The notes: generated from the sequence alone by a model not told the origin. A DNA stretch of 64,000 nucleotides from Cyanophora paradoxa CCMP329 (GCA_004431415.1 QPMI01000151.1:1-64000), one strand, 5' to 3'; positions 36,956 to 50,958 are shown, counted from the stretch's first letter. Numbers and translations are program-made.

Positions 36956-39900
36956 CTAGATCCGAATTATTGCGAAGAGAGCATTGCTGGTCTGGGAGGG
37001 GATGGAGGGGCGGGAGGGGTGGGGGTGGGGTGGGGGGGGGGGGGGGGGCGGGGTTGGGCATTGCTGGGCTGGGAGGGGTGGAAGGGCAGGAGGGTGGGGT
37101 GGATGGGGGAGGAGGAGGAGGGAGGGAGGGGGGGAGGAGAGGGGAGGGGGAGGAGGGGAGGGGGAGGGGCCGGACCTGGCGGGGGTTGACCCGCGGCTCG
37201 GCGAGGGGCTCGATCTCGAGCGCCTCCATAAGGAGGCAGCCCACCAGCTGCCGGGGGTGGGGGGTGGGGGGTGGGGGCGGACAGTCAGACAGACAGATAG
37301 ATACTGTGTCGGACGGGCAGGGCAGGGCGGAAGCAGCCGGATTTTTGGCTACGAATATTAACTCAGGGGGCGGGGTCACTCAGGCCTTCTAACTCACCGG
37401 TACCCCGGGCATCGAGCGCCGGGGTACGGCAAATAATGAGGCGATCGCGAGGGGCGGGGACCCGGGGGGCGAAGGGGGGCGGGGGTACCTTGAACTCGAG
37501 GAGTGTGATGCGGGCCCCCGCGCATGGGTGCCGCCCCGCCCCGAACACGATGTTCGTGCCCGCCTCCGTCCCTGCTGGGGCCCGGCCCGGGGCCGCGCCC
37601 CGCAGCATCATGATCAGGTAAATCCCGAAGCCTTGCGCTTAGACAGATAGACAATCGCGCTTGGCAAGGAGATCCCACAATCTTATAATTAAGCAGATAG
37701 CTCTAGATGAAAGCATTAACCGCCGCAGCATCCGCGTGGAGATCCCACAATCTATAATTAAGCAGTCTTGGGAAAGCCGGCGGCGCATGCGCACCCTGGG
37801 AGTCCCACCGGTCCGGTCTGAACGAGAGGGGGTCCTCGAAGACCCCCTCGTTCAGGTTGATCCTGCGGGGGGTACAGTCGGAAGGGGGCGGGCGGGGGGC
37901 GCCTAGATACCGGGAGCTCTGGATGGGCCCGCCCGGCGGCCCGGCCCGGCCCGGACCGAGGTATATAGATAGCCAAGTGTGAAAGAGCATAAAACTCGTT
38001 AACTATAAGGTTTCTCGAGGCATGAGAGAGCGAATTATATGAAGAAAGAGAGAGAAAGGGAGCTCTGGAAGGGCCGCGCCGGCCCGGCGCGGACGTCCAG
38101 GCCCTTCCCAGGGGGGGGGGGGGGGGGGGGGGGGCGAGGGTACTGGGCGCACGAATTCCAGAGGAAGCAGCAGAGGCGCCCAGCCGGGATTCTGTACTTG
38201 CCCTGCGCCGCCGCCCCCCTGTGAGACGGAGGGCCCCGGGATGCGGCCGTGCCGCAGTAGTGCACGCCACTGAGATCACTATGGTCGGTTGGTATATATA
38301 CGGCTGGGCCGGCGAGGTGCAGCTAGCCTGGCAGCCGCGCCGTCGACGTCCCCTCTAAACAGGGCGCGCCGTCCCTTCTGTAGTTATAGCTTCATTTTAT
38401 GGGCGGTTTCAGTTCGCCTAGTAGTAGTTCCTTTCTTAGCCTAGTAGTTCCTAGTAGTAGTAAACTCAAGAAGGACGCACGTCGACCAAGGGATCCTATA
38501 TTTATAGTTATAATTTCATTTGTGCACGTGGGTGGTCTTAGTCCACTTTTCCTTTGTTCCGACTATATGGTTTTCAAGTTTCAAGAAGAACGCACGTCGA
38601 CCTCGACGTCCATTGTGTATAATTATAGAGTTATAGTTATAGTTTCATTTGCGGGTGGTTTTAGTTATCTTTCCCGCTTCAAGAAGAACGCACGTCGACC
38701 TCGAGGTCCTGGGTGGCCGCCCGGAAGGAGACTGCCGGCATGTTCAGGCGGATGATCTCGTACAGCAGCCTGCCCGCGACCCCGGGTCAGATCAGATCAG
38801 ATCGGATGAGATCGGATTCGATCGGATTCGCGCGGCTCGGATATATTCATCTTAGGGGGATCGATATCGCCGGGGAGAGGGACGGGAGACAGACGGGAGG
38901 ACGAAAGTGCTAGAAGAGGGTTCGCAGTTCTTTGCGTACCCCTTGACGACCTCGACGCGGTTCGCGGCCTCGTACCCCGCCCCGCCGCACTCCCGCGCGG
39001 CCGTCCGCCACTCGGAAAGTAGCTGGAGGGAGGGGGGGGGTATATAATTACGAGGTTGGAAGAGTGGTACAAGCGGGGAGCGGGGAGGGGTACGGACCCG
39101 CTCCCGAAGTGCGGGCTGCTTGGCGAGGTGGTAGATGAGCCTGGGAAGGGGGGGGGGATCAGCGGCGGGGGGGAACAGGCGGGGGGTACCCGCATCGTAC
39201 CAGCCGACGCTGGGGGCCGAGTTGCTCTTTGGACCGGCGGGGGTACCGATTAGGGGCGCCGGGATTGAGGGTAGAGGGACCGGGGGGGAGGGGGGAGGGG
39301 GAGGGGGTACCGTCGCGCCGAAGAGCGTGCCCCACACCATGCAGAAGAGCTGAAAAGGGGTACGTCTTAGATTTGAAGGGCGTACGTCTTCTTTAAAGGG
39401 CGCGACTACGAACCTCCTGATCGTCGGTGGTTCCATCGGGGCGCCAGACCTGGGGGGAGGGGGGTACACCCGTCGGGGGAAGTGCAAGCGCACAGCCGCC
39501 GGGCGGGGTACCGTTGGGTCGAGGGCCATGACGCCAATCAGGTCGTACCTACGGCAGCTCAGATTTTGGGGGGGAGGGGGGGGGGCAGCGGAGAGGGGAT
39601 ACAGCCCACCGCAGGATCGGATCGTCCATCCAATCGCTTTGGGGGAGCGCGAGCCTCCTCCTGATGAGCTGGGGCGGGCCGGGGGCGTCGGGGGGTACAT
39701 ACGCCCCACCAAACGGGGGGTACGGTACCGTTTTCGCGATATCGATGAACTCCTCGCGCGCGCGCTTCTGCCGCCGGCTGTCCAGACCAACAAGGTATCT
39801 GCAGGGTACGCGTTAGAGCGTCGGGGTACGAGAACTGTCTCGGCAGGGGCGATTACCTAAGGGCCGCCGACGCGTCGCGGAACTAAGGGGGGTATGAGGG

Positions 39901-41737
39901 CGAGCGGAGGGTGCGCGCGCTGGAGGAGGGGTACAGGGAACGCGCCCTGTTCGCCGGATCCGCCGCTTCGTACGCCGCCGTTAGCCTGGGTGGGGATCAG
40001 GGGTACTGACGCGACGCAGAGGGGGTACAGGGTCCCAGCGTACCGCTCGAACATGCCGGGTACAACGAAGACGTCGGGGCCGAGCAGGATCCGGGCCTGC
40101 GGCGGAGCGGGGGGTACAACGTCGCTCAGGTCCCTGGATCTCTACGAACCCGGCGGGATTCGAACCTGCATCCTGAAGATCGTGTCGTTGAGCCACGTGA
40201 AGATGTCGGCGCCCGTACCCTGGCTCGGGAGGCCTGCGTTCGCACCGAAGCTCAGGGGTACGGCCCAAGCAAAACCGCGGGGCAGGGGTACGGCACCGTC
40301 CAGGAACCCGCGGATGACGTCGACGACGAGGTGGGAGAGCTGGGGGAACTGGGGCGGGCACAGAGAGACGGGTCAGCGCGGCTCGGTCGACTCACTGATG
40401 ATGAAGCGAGCCATGGTTTATGCTTCAAGGCTTCAAGTGACGTCACGCCTTGGCGGTGGAGAAGGCGGGGAGAGAGGAGGGGCGGGTGGGGAGGGGCGGC
40501 TGGGGGGGTCCTTAGGGCGAGGCCGGGGGGCTTAGGCCTCAGGGCCATAGTAAAGCGGGACGGCAGAGCGGGGCGGGGCGGGGGGGGCGGGGCGGGGCGG
40601 GCACGCCTTGGCTGTGGATACGGCGCGAGAGATGGCGGGCACGCGGTCCCTCTCGAAAAGCTGCGCCGAAAGTCAGAGGGAGGGGGATCGAGCGCGGCCT
40701 GCCCTGCCGTGCGGGAGGTCCCGGCGGGAGGTCCCGGCGGGGAAGCGGGGCGGTGGCCGGGCGGAGCTGCGCGGGGCGCGCCTCGGGGGAGGGCTCCTCG
40801 GCGGGAGGTGGGGCGGGGGGCCTTAGGGCGAGGCGAGGGGTTCAGGCCTTAGGCTCGTAAAGGCGGGGCGGAGCGAGGGCTAAGGCTCAAGACAGGCGGG
40901 GCGGGGCGGGGCGGGGCGGGGCCGGGCGCGCCTTGTCGGGCATGAACTTGCCGCTGACCTGGATGATCCCTGCGGATGGCGACGGCGAAGTGAGATTTGA
41001 TCCCAAGCTTGACGATCTGCAGAGGTGCAGCCGAGCTCGGTCCCGGATCAAATCTAGATCGAAGCTAGTCCGGCCGGATCAAATGTGGTCTGGACGCGGC
41101 GCACCCTCGTTGGAGAACATGGCGGGATCAAATCTAGATCTCTAGTCCGGATCAAATCTAGATCGAATCCTGTCTCGAATCTGGTCTGGGCGCGGCGCAC
41201 CCTCGTTGAAGGACATGGCGGGGTTGAAGTGGTAGAGGCGACTGCCCTCCGGCCCCGCCAGGAACGTCACCTGAGCCACGAGCCACGAGTTAACGCGAGG
41301 CGCGCGCGGCCGGGCTGTCGGGCCGGGCTCCACTGCGGCGGCCGAGCGGACGCGCGCGCGCGAGATGGACCGGCGGCCGCGGCGCACCGTCTTCGATGAG
41401 AGGCCCAGAGGAACGTCCACGTTGAAGCAGTCCCTGCGACGCGCCGTTGGGCCGGGCCGCCGTGCGCGCGGCGTCCGCGGCCGCCGCTCCGGCCCGAGCG
41501 TTGCAATTGCGAGCTCGCAATTGCAACCTTCGAACAAGGCCAGGGCCGGCGCACCCGTACTTGGCCCTCAGCGCACGGTCGAAGAGCCGCGAGTCGCGGA
41601 ACCACGAGGCTAGGACGGCGAGGAAGCTCGCCTGCCGAGCCGCGCCGCGCGCGGATGACGTGACGCGCGGGCGTCAGCGCCGTCGCAGCGCCAGCCGAGC
41701 GCGGATCGCACCGCGGGAGGTTCCGGGAGCTCTCCAT
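36956..41737 (-). CDS. Cytochrome P450, multi-exon, CYP51/CYP7-like (3' end uncertain)
   Basis: Heme motif FGAGRHPCAG (~37520-37545), VFEDPLSFRPDRW (~37810-37850), ExxR as YEIIRL (~38750-38765), YRIPAG. N-terminal KYG-DCFNV...VTFLAGPEG. I-helix LFGAT-SNSAPSVGW-LIYHLAKQP. Confidence 0.9.
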
Positions 41738-42075
41738 CCTTCGTGCGCCTCCGCCGCGGCCAGAAAGCGTACGCGGCAAGCGCCGCCGCGCCCGCCGCGG
41801 CGGCGAGGCCAGCGACGCCCAGCTCCTGCTGCGCGCGGCGACGCGGTTAAAGTGCAAGCGCGTTTGCTGGCACGCAATGGGGGAGGGGCGCACGCCCTGC
41901 AGCTGCAGTACTGCCATTCGGCGAGTGCCGCTGTACCCCGCAAGCCGGGCTCACACCTGGCTCGCCGGGCTCAGACGGTGCCGACCCGGCGACTACGAAC
42001 GCATCACAAGCACAGCGCAGAGAAGCGCAGCAGGCGAGCGCGGCCGCGCGTGCCGTCGGCGAGAGCCCGGCAACG

Positions 42076-44317
42076 ATGGCCATGGATGTCGAGGAGAGCG
42101 GAGCGGCTGCGACGGGCGTCGAAGCTCTGCCGTCCGAGCTCCTGCAGCTCATCCTCGGCAACCTGGAGCTGCAGGATCGGATGCGCGCCGCGGCGGTCTC
42201 GCGCCGGTGGCGGGCGGCTGCCGCCGAGCCGCCGTTCAGCACGGCGATGACGCTCTGGTGAGCCCGCTTCCGTCCCGGCGCCCCACTCGCATCGACCGCG
42301 CGCTCCGCCTGAGCCCGACCTCGCGCCTTCTTCGATCCAGGGTCGCCGGGGACGTCCGCGGCGGCGACCCGCGGCCGGCGCTCGCCGCGCGGCGGCGGCG
42401 CGCGAGGGACTTCGAGAGCCTGCAGATCAAGGACCCGCACCCCATCGGCCTGGCGGAGGAGAGCGACGAGAGGCGGGCGCTCTCGGTCCTGTCGGCCGCG
42501 GCGCTGCTGCGGCAGCCGCCGTGCGATCGCCTCTCCGAGCTGCGCGTCGTGCTTCTCTACACGGGCGCGCTCTACTCGCTCTCGTCGGGCACGTCCCCCG
42601 AGGCGGAGCTCCTCGACGAGCTGCTGGCCTCGGCGCCCGAGGGGCTCGCCCGCCTCGAGCTGGACGCGCCGGGGGCCCACGCCGGCCACTTCGGGCGCGT
42701 CTGCCGCGGCCTGCGCATCCCGCGGCACGCCCCGTCGCTCCGCGAGCTCGTGCTCCGAGCCTCCGGCGCCCCCGCCACGCTGGTGCGTTTGAATTCGAAA
42801 CTCAATTTGATCTGCACTTCAACAATTTGATCCGAGCGCCGTCTTAGGTCCAGTTCAAGGGCCACCCTACGGTCGAGTTTCTGGGGGCAAAGCTGGTGGC
42901 GCACAGCCCGCCGGACCTGCTGCGCGCCTTCCCCGCCCTCCGGTGCGCCCTTCGAACAAACCACCGCAGTGTGTTTGCGCCGCCTAAAGCTTCAGGCCGT
43001 CTTAAGCTTGAGCGCTTATCTTCAAAAAGCTCTAAACCCGAAAGCCTTAGACCGTCCTAAGCTCGCCAAGTCAAAGTTAATCATCGAATTCGAAGCCTCG
43101 ACCCCTCCTACGCTGCTGCCTAGCCTTGCCCTTGAGCCTCGAACTCGAGACGGGGGCGCGCTGCTGCCTTGGCTTAAGCTTAAGCTGCCCTGGCTGCTGC
43201 CGCGCGCGCAGGCGGGTGCAGCAGCTCGCGGTCTCCGCCATCGAGTCCGGCGACGAGGCGGACGACGCGGCGGCGCGCGGCGACGCCGCGGCGCTCCTCG
43301 CCGCCGCCGCCGCCGCCGGCGTCCGCTGCCGGTGCCGCTGCCCGCCCCGCCCCCGCCCCGCCCGCGCCCCTTTCCTCCTTTGCGCTCTTTCCTTTCCTCC
43401 TCCTCACGGGGCGGCAGGGCGCTCGAGGCCAAGGGGCTCGACCTGAGCGCCGCCGCCCCCGCCGCCGCCCTCTCCTCCCTCCTCCGGTATACGTACCCCC
43501 CCCCGGCACCCGCCACTAGTACCCCCCCGTCTTCTGATCGTGGCGGCAGCTCGTCCTCCGATTGCGTCACCCGCGCGCCCTCGAGCTCCGGTACCCCCCT
43601 CGAGCTCTCCCTGCTCCGCTGCCGCCTGCCCTGCGCGTGGCCCCCGGACGCCTTTCCCGGCCTCTCCAGGCGCGTCTTCCGTACCCCTCCCTGCGTGCCG
43701 TACCCCTTCGGGATGACGCACCCTGCAGGCTCTGCATCCGGGATCCCCCCTCCGCTCTACCCGCGTCCATGCTGCATTGGATCGTCGGTTCGAGTCTCCC
43801 CGGGCCCCCTTTCTTCGAGTCTTCGCATCTCCGAAATCTGAGGGTCCGCGCCTCAGGCGGGTCCCACGCGTGTGCCCTCCGCGACCTCCAGCTCGACTGC
43901 TCCTTCGAGGGAGTCGCCCCCGGTGCGCTTTTCTCTCTTCTTCTCTCGCTGTTAACGCTAACGTTTGCCCCCTCACTTTCTGGCCCGCCCGCAGCGGACC
44001 TCGTCGCCAGCCTCGCGGGGCTGCCGGCCGGCGCGCGCGTCTCGATCGGGCCGAACTGCATCGAGGCGTGGCCCAGCGAGCAGCTCTCCCAGGCGATCTT
44101 AATTTACATCCTCCGTCCCCGTCCCCGTCCCCGGCTAGCTGAGCTCGAGGCCGGCAGGCGATGGCGGCGGCGTGCGGGTCCGGGGCCGCCGGGACGCCGG
44201 CACTGCGGTTGCCCCAGAGACTGCGGCTCCTCGTGGGGCCGGCGGCCACCGCCCGAGAGGCGCCCGCGGCCGGCGGCCGAGAAGCGCCGCTCTCTGGCTG
44301 CACTGCCGCCCGAGTGA
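42076..44317 (+). CDS. F-box domain protein with Leu-rich C-terminal region, multi-exon
   Basis: EALPSELLQLILGNLELQDRMRAAAVSRRWR matches the F-box consensus. Downstream LARLELD, LRELVLR and LRDLQLD are LRR-like. Confidence 0.8.
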
Positions 44318-45051
44318 GCCTCGGAGGGAGGGAAGCGCTGGCGCTCTAAGCGCATGGCTCATGTGCACGCGCTCCCGACCTTCTTCTCTGAGCTTGAGCC
44401 ACCGGCTATGTGAGCTCGAGTGTGTGTACATGTGTGTACGGTTAACTTTGGCGGGCGGGGGGGGGGGGGGGGGGGGGGGGGATGTTCGGGCGGGGGGGAT
44501 GTTCGGAGGGGGGGGGGAGGGGGGGGCACGTAGTCAGAGGAGGTGGAGCACCGTCACGGCGTGGAGGCGGCAGAATAATATTAATAGGAGGGGCAAAACG
44601 ATGACCATTACTAATGCAGCGTGCAGCCTGTGCAGGTACCGTGCCACGGTGCACGAGGACAGGACAGCGCTCGAAGCTGGCAAATTAAATTCGAAGTATC
44701 TGAACTAAATTTCGGCGCGGTAACTTGGCCCAGTGGTATATATCGCGGTACGTAAGTGCACGTGAGTGTGGCGGACCGGTACCGCCGCCGGTCGTACGTA
44801 TACGTATACATACTTGCCGCGCGGCCGGTATACGTACGCATACGTATCATAGCACTGCGGCATACCGCAGCCAGGATACTAGTATCTCTCAGATCTAGAG
44901 TCCGGATCCGACGGTCTGCCGATTCTCTGGGAGACCGATTTCGCACTTGCACTGCCGCGTATACGTAGTAAAATTGCCGCGGAGTTCTTAATTGATCTTG
45001 GACCGTCACTGAGTGAGTCTGAGTCAGTGCTGTACTGTGAGCCTGTACATG

Positions 45052-45086
<35 letters not shown>

Positions 45087-45438
45087 GCGGTTGCGAGTGT
45101 GCGAGTTCATGAGTTCATAGCCTGCATGACCCGCATTCAAATAAACCCACTGCCGGCGCCGGGCTCGAGCTTTTCAGTCTGCATGACCCGCGTTTTAAAA
45201 AACTGTTTGAACCCACCGCCCGGCTCGGGCTTACTGAAATACCCATCTGCAGGTTGCAATTGCCCTTCGAATTTCCGTTGAGATCTAGATCTAGATCTGA
45301 TGATCTCTGCACTTCAGCGCGCAATGATCGCGAGGTCGAGGCACAATCGCGAGTCGCGGACTGTACTGCGGCACATGTACATGTTGTCTGTCCGACAAAT
45401 TTAAACTATGACTAATGCGCCAAACTGCAAGTTTGTTT

Positions 45439-47163
45439 AATCTACAGAAGGCTATCTAAAGGCGCGATTTCAATCAACGTCAGAACAAAGGAATTCGAAT
45501 TCGGCATCTTCGAATTCTCTGTAATTATATATAAGCGAAAGCGAAAGAGCGAAATGCAAAAGCGTATTTATCTGACGATATCGACGAATTGATATCGCGA
45601 GTTCACTGCATTGTGCGTGTGCTGTTATATATATATTAAGGAATGAAAGGCCTCACTGACTCAAATGGCTCCGACGATGCATGCAGATGCTCGCAATCGC
45701 AAGCACCGGGGCTAGTATAAGTAGCCGCTTTCCTGCCATAGTCGGGCATTCTTGTACGACACAGAATCTTGAATATCAGTACCAAAACTCTGCCAATTTG
45801 CATCTGCAACTTGGGAGCACATCGGGAAGGGCTTGAGCTCAACTTAAGCCTTAATTAAGGGAACCTCAACCTAATTCGAAGGGACCGGATCCGGAGATAT
45901 CCAGGTCTGTTATATATTATCCTACCAATTAGGCCTCTGGTTGTGACCCCTAGATTATATCTGGGTTTTACCCGGATTTATCCAGACGCTCAATACGACC
46001 ATCATGAACAGCTGCGCGTCGACGCCCCAAGGACAGTGAGCAAGCTTTTTGTTAAGTGAAGAGCAGCATTGAATAGAAAATATTCGATGGTGAATCTACG
46101 TATCCCGCACCGTCGAGGTTGAGGATGCAGCAGCAGCAGCAGCAGCGTTGGGCCAGTAGGGAACGGACGCGGTCTCCTGCAGCTGCTGGTACACGAACGC
46201 CTGCGCATGCCGCACGCGTCCAACAGCAACCTCAGCTGCACAGTTCTCAAGATTGAACAGCACGGCGCGCGCACGTTTCCGAGGACGAAGGCCCGGAAGG
46301 CAGGAGTGCCCGTGTTGCTGTCACTCTCGATGCGGAGGTTGTAGTTCTTGCCGGCGAGAAGCTGGAGGAGGAAGCGCGAGAGCAGCTGGCGGCCGTTCGA
46401 ATTCCCTCCCCGGTTTGAGTTCAGCGGCGGGATCCTGAAGCGAATCTCTTTCGTCGACACGATGGACGGCTGGAAATTAAATGAATGCGCATGCACGTTT
46501 GTAAGTTGAAGCAAGCAAGTAGAAAATAACACAAAACGGATTGCCTGAATGGTCGCGATTCTGTTCGACGGGTTGTCGGGGTCCTAGGCCTCGATGTAGA
46601 TCTTGATCATGCATATGATGGGTTCTCCGACGGGCAGGTTCTCACCGAAAATGCTAATGAAGCCGCTCGTGCCGGTCTGCGCGAGCGTAGCATTTAGCGA
46701 CGATGTTCATGAGATTGGTATATCTACATCTCTTCAAGCTTAAGGCTTCCAGATCACACCGTGGGAGCAGTCACGACGGGCTTGCTGAGCATAACCTGAT
46801 CATGACCCACTAATGAGTGTGTGGTACTCTCGACGATATCGATCGGAGTAAGCAGCATGCGCACGGCCCGACCTTGACGCTGCCGTCCGCTTGGACTGTG
46901 GCGCCTGTGACGTTGAAAGTGAAGCCGTTGATGTCGACGTCGATGGAGATTTGCACAATGTTGATGACCGGTACCGGCTGCGCATTTCAGATAATATAAA
47001 GCGGACGTTAGACCTGCGCAGGTGAATTGTAACGATCAGAAGACTTTCTTCACCAGCGGAGAGGGCGTCGGCGGCGGGAGGGTCGGTGCAGGCGTCGGCG
47101 GAAGGTCGGCGGGCGGTGTCGGGGCGACAGTCGGGCTCGGGGTCGGCGTTTCGGAGAGAGCTG
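45439..47163 (-). pseudogene. Inverted, 5'-truncated duplicate of the 3' part of the surface-protein gene at 53800-58075
   Basis: Co-linear with 56947-58345 including introns and 3' flank. An inserted TAG lies at ~46584-46586 and no upstream exons are evident. Confidence 0.8.
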
Positions 47164-47790
47164 CGTGCCAGCCAAGCACGCGATCGCTATTACGCGATCG
47201 ACTTTTATTCCATCAGATGGCAAGTGGGGCGGAACTGGAGACGAGAGGAGAGGAGGCCGGGCACGAGGAAAGAGACGGAGGTGGTGGGGGGCGGTGGGGT
47301 GGTGCGGGCCGGGGGCCAGAGAGGATACCGAGAAACACAAGGGGCACGGGGTACTCGTCTGGAAGAAAGGAAAGGGGGTATACGTAGTACGGGCCTTGAC
47401 GGGGGAGCGACAGCGCTAGCGAGCTCGACGGCGTGCGCAGTGCTAGCATGCGCGCATGTGCAGACAGTGCACTGCGGCAGTACAAACGGCCTGCGCGACC
47501 CTCATGAAAAATGGGAACATGGGAACTTCACATTATCGATGATTTAGCGATGTCTTCTAATCATTTGAATCACCCTCCCCTGGCTGCTGAACCTTATAGT
47601 ACAGTATTAATATCATAGTATTAGCGGCGACCGTCGGACGCCGCGCGTGCTTCTGCGCTCCCTTCGAGCAATTCAACTACCCCTCCCCTCCCCCCCCCCC
47701 CCCTCCCCCCCCCCCGGGCCTCAGGTTTAATAGTATCAAAAACTTTAGTACTCAGGCCTTGGAACTTTATACCCCACCTTGCCTGTATAC

Positions 47791-47844
47791 GCCCCCACAG
47801 TGCTGGAGTAGACTAGAGGCTGTGGCCGGTAATTCACTAAAAAC
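47791..47844 (+). repeat. Short diverged copy of the retroelement 3' terminus
   Basis: GCCCCCACAGTGCTGGAGTAGACTAGAGGCTGTGGCCGGTAATTCACTAAAAAC. Confidence 0.85.
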
Positions 47845-48372
47845 AAATAGTACTATAGCTACTAGCTAGTACTATTAATATCCAACCTCTTAAATATTTC
47901 CTAGGCCTGCTTTACAGTATTTCCGAAAGTTCCCCCCGCCGCCGTTAACGTTGGGGCCGCCCGGGCGGCCGGTAGTAGACTAGTATTAGTAGTACTAGTA
48001 TACTAGTGGCCACGGACTCCGGGACTCGGCCGGCGCGGAGTGCCCACTGCCCACTGCCCACTGCCCACTGCGGCACTGCCCATTGCCCACAGTGCCCAGC
48101 GCCCAGCCGCCGCCCATGGCCACTGCCCAGTGCCCACTGGCCATGCATACTGTAATTCGGGTAATATTTAAGACCCCAAAATAATTAGTAATCCCGGGGT
48201 TTGGTCGGTTTAGTAGGCTGATAATATTTAAGAGTTGGCCGCGCGGAGCGCTCTAGTAGCGGCCTTCAGAAGGGCCTAGAGGGTGGGCGCGGCGCGCGCT
48301 AGGGGGTCTAGCTAGCTGTCTCCTCTAGATTTCGGCTAGCTCGTTGCGCGGTTCTGCATGGACTCGTTGGAG

Positions 48373-48523
48373 TTCTCCCTAGCTGTCATGCTCGATCTCC
48401 TCTAGATTTCCACTTCGTCGCACTGCGCCGCGTACGCCGCACGGAACCACTTCTCCCTAGCTGTCTTGCTCGATCTCCTCTAGATTTTCACTTCTTCGCA
48501 CCGCGCCGCGTACGCCGCACGGT
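48373..48523. repeat. Tandem duplication, ~78-bp unit x2
   Basis: TTCTCCCTAGCTGTC.TGCTCGATCTCCTCTAGATTT.CACTTC.TCGCAC.GCGCCGCGTACGCCGCACGG occurs twice. Confidence 0.85.
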
Positions 48524-50958
48524 ATCCGTGCCGCCTAGACTACTTTTCACTGCATCAAGCTTTAAGCTTGCACCGCAGCACGTGTATCGACGCCCGCGCA
48601 GCCCCGGGCCCGTGGGCCGGAGTGTCCCGTATACGTACCGCGTAGCTTTTGCTCGCGATCCAGCCTCTGCTCGCAGCCGCACCGCTAGCGCTGCGGACGT
48701 TGTTGGCGCCCCGCGGCCGGCGGCTGTCCCTTCGCGCCGGGCGGTCCGCACCCTCGAGTGTCGCCTCGGCCCCGCGCGTAACCGCCTCGGGCCTCCGGCG
48801 CCGGTCTTGCAAGCTGACCAGCTCTTGCGAGCGCATCAGCGGCAAACCGAGCGCTCGAATTGCGAATAACAAAGAGGGGCGCGTGTGCAGCTGCAGCGCG
48901 TGAACAGCGAGCAAGCGAGATCATTGCGTGCGCGAGAATTCGGGCGTTAACTGAGCTTCGGAACTGAGCTTAACCAAAAGAAAGCGCCTCGGCAACGAAC
49001 AAGAGAAAGCTAACATGGGACGAGGGCGCAAAGCTGGTGCAGAGCTGCCTGAAGGCATCGCTGAGGGCGTGAGCATACAAAATCCCCCCCCCCCCCCCCC
49101 CCCGAATCGGGAAAAAAACGCCGAAGCCGGAACGGCGCAATGTCGTCGACCTGTCAACCCGTACATGATCGTGTGTACTGCAGGATCGCTCCAGCGCTCA
49201 CGCGGAGGAAGTCGAGGTCGACACAGCATGCCGATCGCAAGCGCAAGCGATGCCCAGCACGTTCGCAAGCGATGCTGAAGGCCGCCGACAGGGCGTTTCC
49301 ATCCAGCCGTAGATCCCGTCAGCCCGCACGCGCGCCCCGCCTTCCCGCTTGACGCCCGCTTGCACCTGACGGTCCCTCCGCAGGCCGTTGTGCCCGTCAG
49401 TCGAACCGGCTGAGTTCTGCATCGAGTCGCCGTCTGAACGCGCCCTCGCCTGATCGTGACTCGTGAGCCGCCGCCCGCGCTCCCGGAACTCGCGCACCCC
49501 GTCTAACGCCTGATCGTGAGCCGCCGCCCGCGCTGCGGGAACTCGCGCACCCCGTCTTACGGGCGCTGTGCGTTGCGTATCAGCCGATGCGGCTAGCGTA
49601 TGCATGGACCCAGGTCCCACATCGTCCCTAGCCCCGTTAGTGCGGCCGCACGCCCCGCCCTCCTCGTGGGCGCGCGTCTGACGGGCCCCGCGCAGGCCAC
49701 CGTGCCCGTCAGTCGAAGCGCTCGGCGCCTGCATCCACTCGGCGTCCCCGTGAGCCTCCCGGCCCGCCCCCGCCCCCCGTGCCCTCGACTGACCGACGCT
49801 TTCCAGGCCTCCCGTCGTCGCTAGCCTCGCCGGCCGGGCCTGCTGCTCGGCCGGGCCTGCAGCCCTTTTCTACTCTTTACAATCATATATAATCTGTTTC
49901 TATCTTTACTACTTCAACCTGCCGCGCGCGCTGGGCCGGGGTCAATCTACATCTGCCCCGTGCATGTTCGTGCCACTACTACTCTTTCATTAGATCCAGA
50001 TTCCCCCCTTGCACCCCCGGCGCGCCAAAACGCGGCCGGGCCACTAGTACTAGTAAATATTTCCCGACTTACAGTATGGTGACGCCGCTGACCGTGGCTG
50101 ACCGTGACGCGAATTTCGAACGGACGGTCACGGCCCCACAGGTACGCCGGGTGACGCGTACGGCGCCGGGCCGGCGCGGCGCGCGCCGGCGCCGCGCCCG
50201 GCGGGCTCAGCGGCTGGCGGCGCGCCCGGATCCGAATTTCAAAACTCCGGCCCGGCGGCACCGACAAACTTGAAAGGTTAAAAAAAAGAAGATGGGGCCG
50301 GCGACCGGCGCGGGCCGGGCGCGCGGCGCGCGGCGCGGCCGCCGGGCCGGGGCGCCGGGCGCGCGGCGGCCGCCGGGCGGCGCGGCCGACCGCGCGGCGC
50401 CCGGCCGGCGCCCGCGGCCGTCGCTTTCAATTTAATTTTTGTTAAACACACCGTGATCGACGGGCCCAATACTAAGTTTTTTTTGGGAGGGGTGAGGGGC
50501 CACTGAGGGCATCGCCCCCACGGTGTTCACTGCCCAATGCGGTCCCCCCGCCCAGTGGGACGGCCGAGCCAAAAATCTTCGATAGCCTGATTGAGGTAAC
50601 AAAACTTACCACTGAATTGGGCCCTTGGATCCGGACTCCGGAGTCGACGTCTCCGAGGCGCCACGGCCCACGTGCACTGCGCGCCAGTCAGGGTTCCACA
50701 CTCGCAGTCCAGGCTGTCCCGGCCTGTACGACGGTCCATGCATATGCTACCGTAGTACTCCATGCCAGTCCATGGCACTCCAGGCCATGCCAGCATCATG
50801 GCATGCGCAGCCGGCCCCGGCGCCAGCTACGTATATACCGGTAGCTATAGATGCAGATCCGATGATCATGCAGTACTAGTGCGCTGCACTGCGGCAGCTA
50901 GCGCTAGCTGAGCTAGCGCTGCGCGCATCACGCGGCGCATGCGCACTGCCTGTGGTTC

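Noticed and set aside
36990-40930. Poly-G/poly-C runs as a special element, or a LINE relic on the minus strand
   Set aside because: The runs lie in introns and are C-rich on the sense strand of several genes here. The exons between them assemble into a P450.
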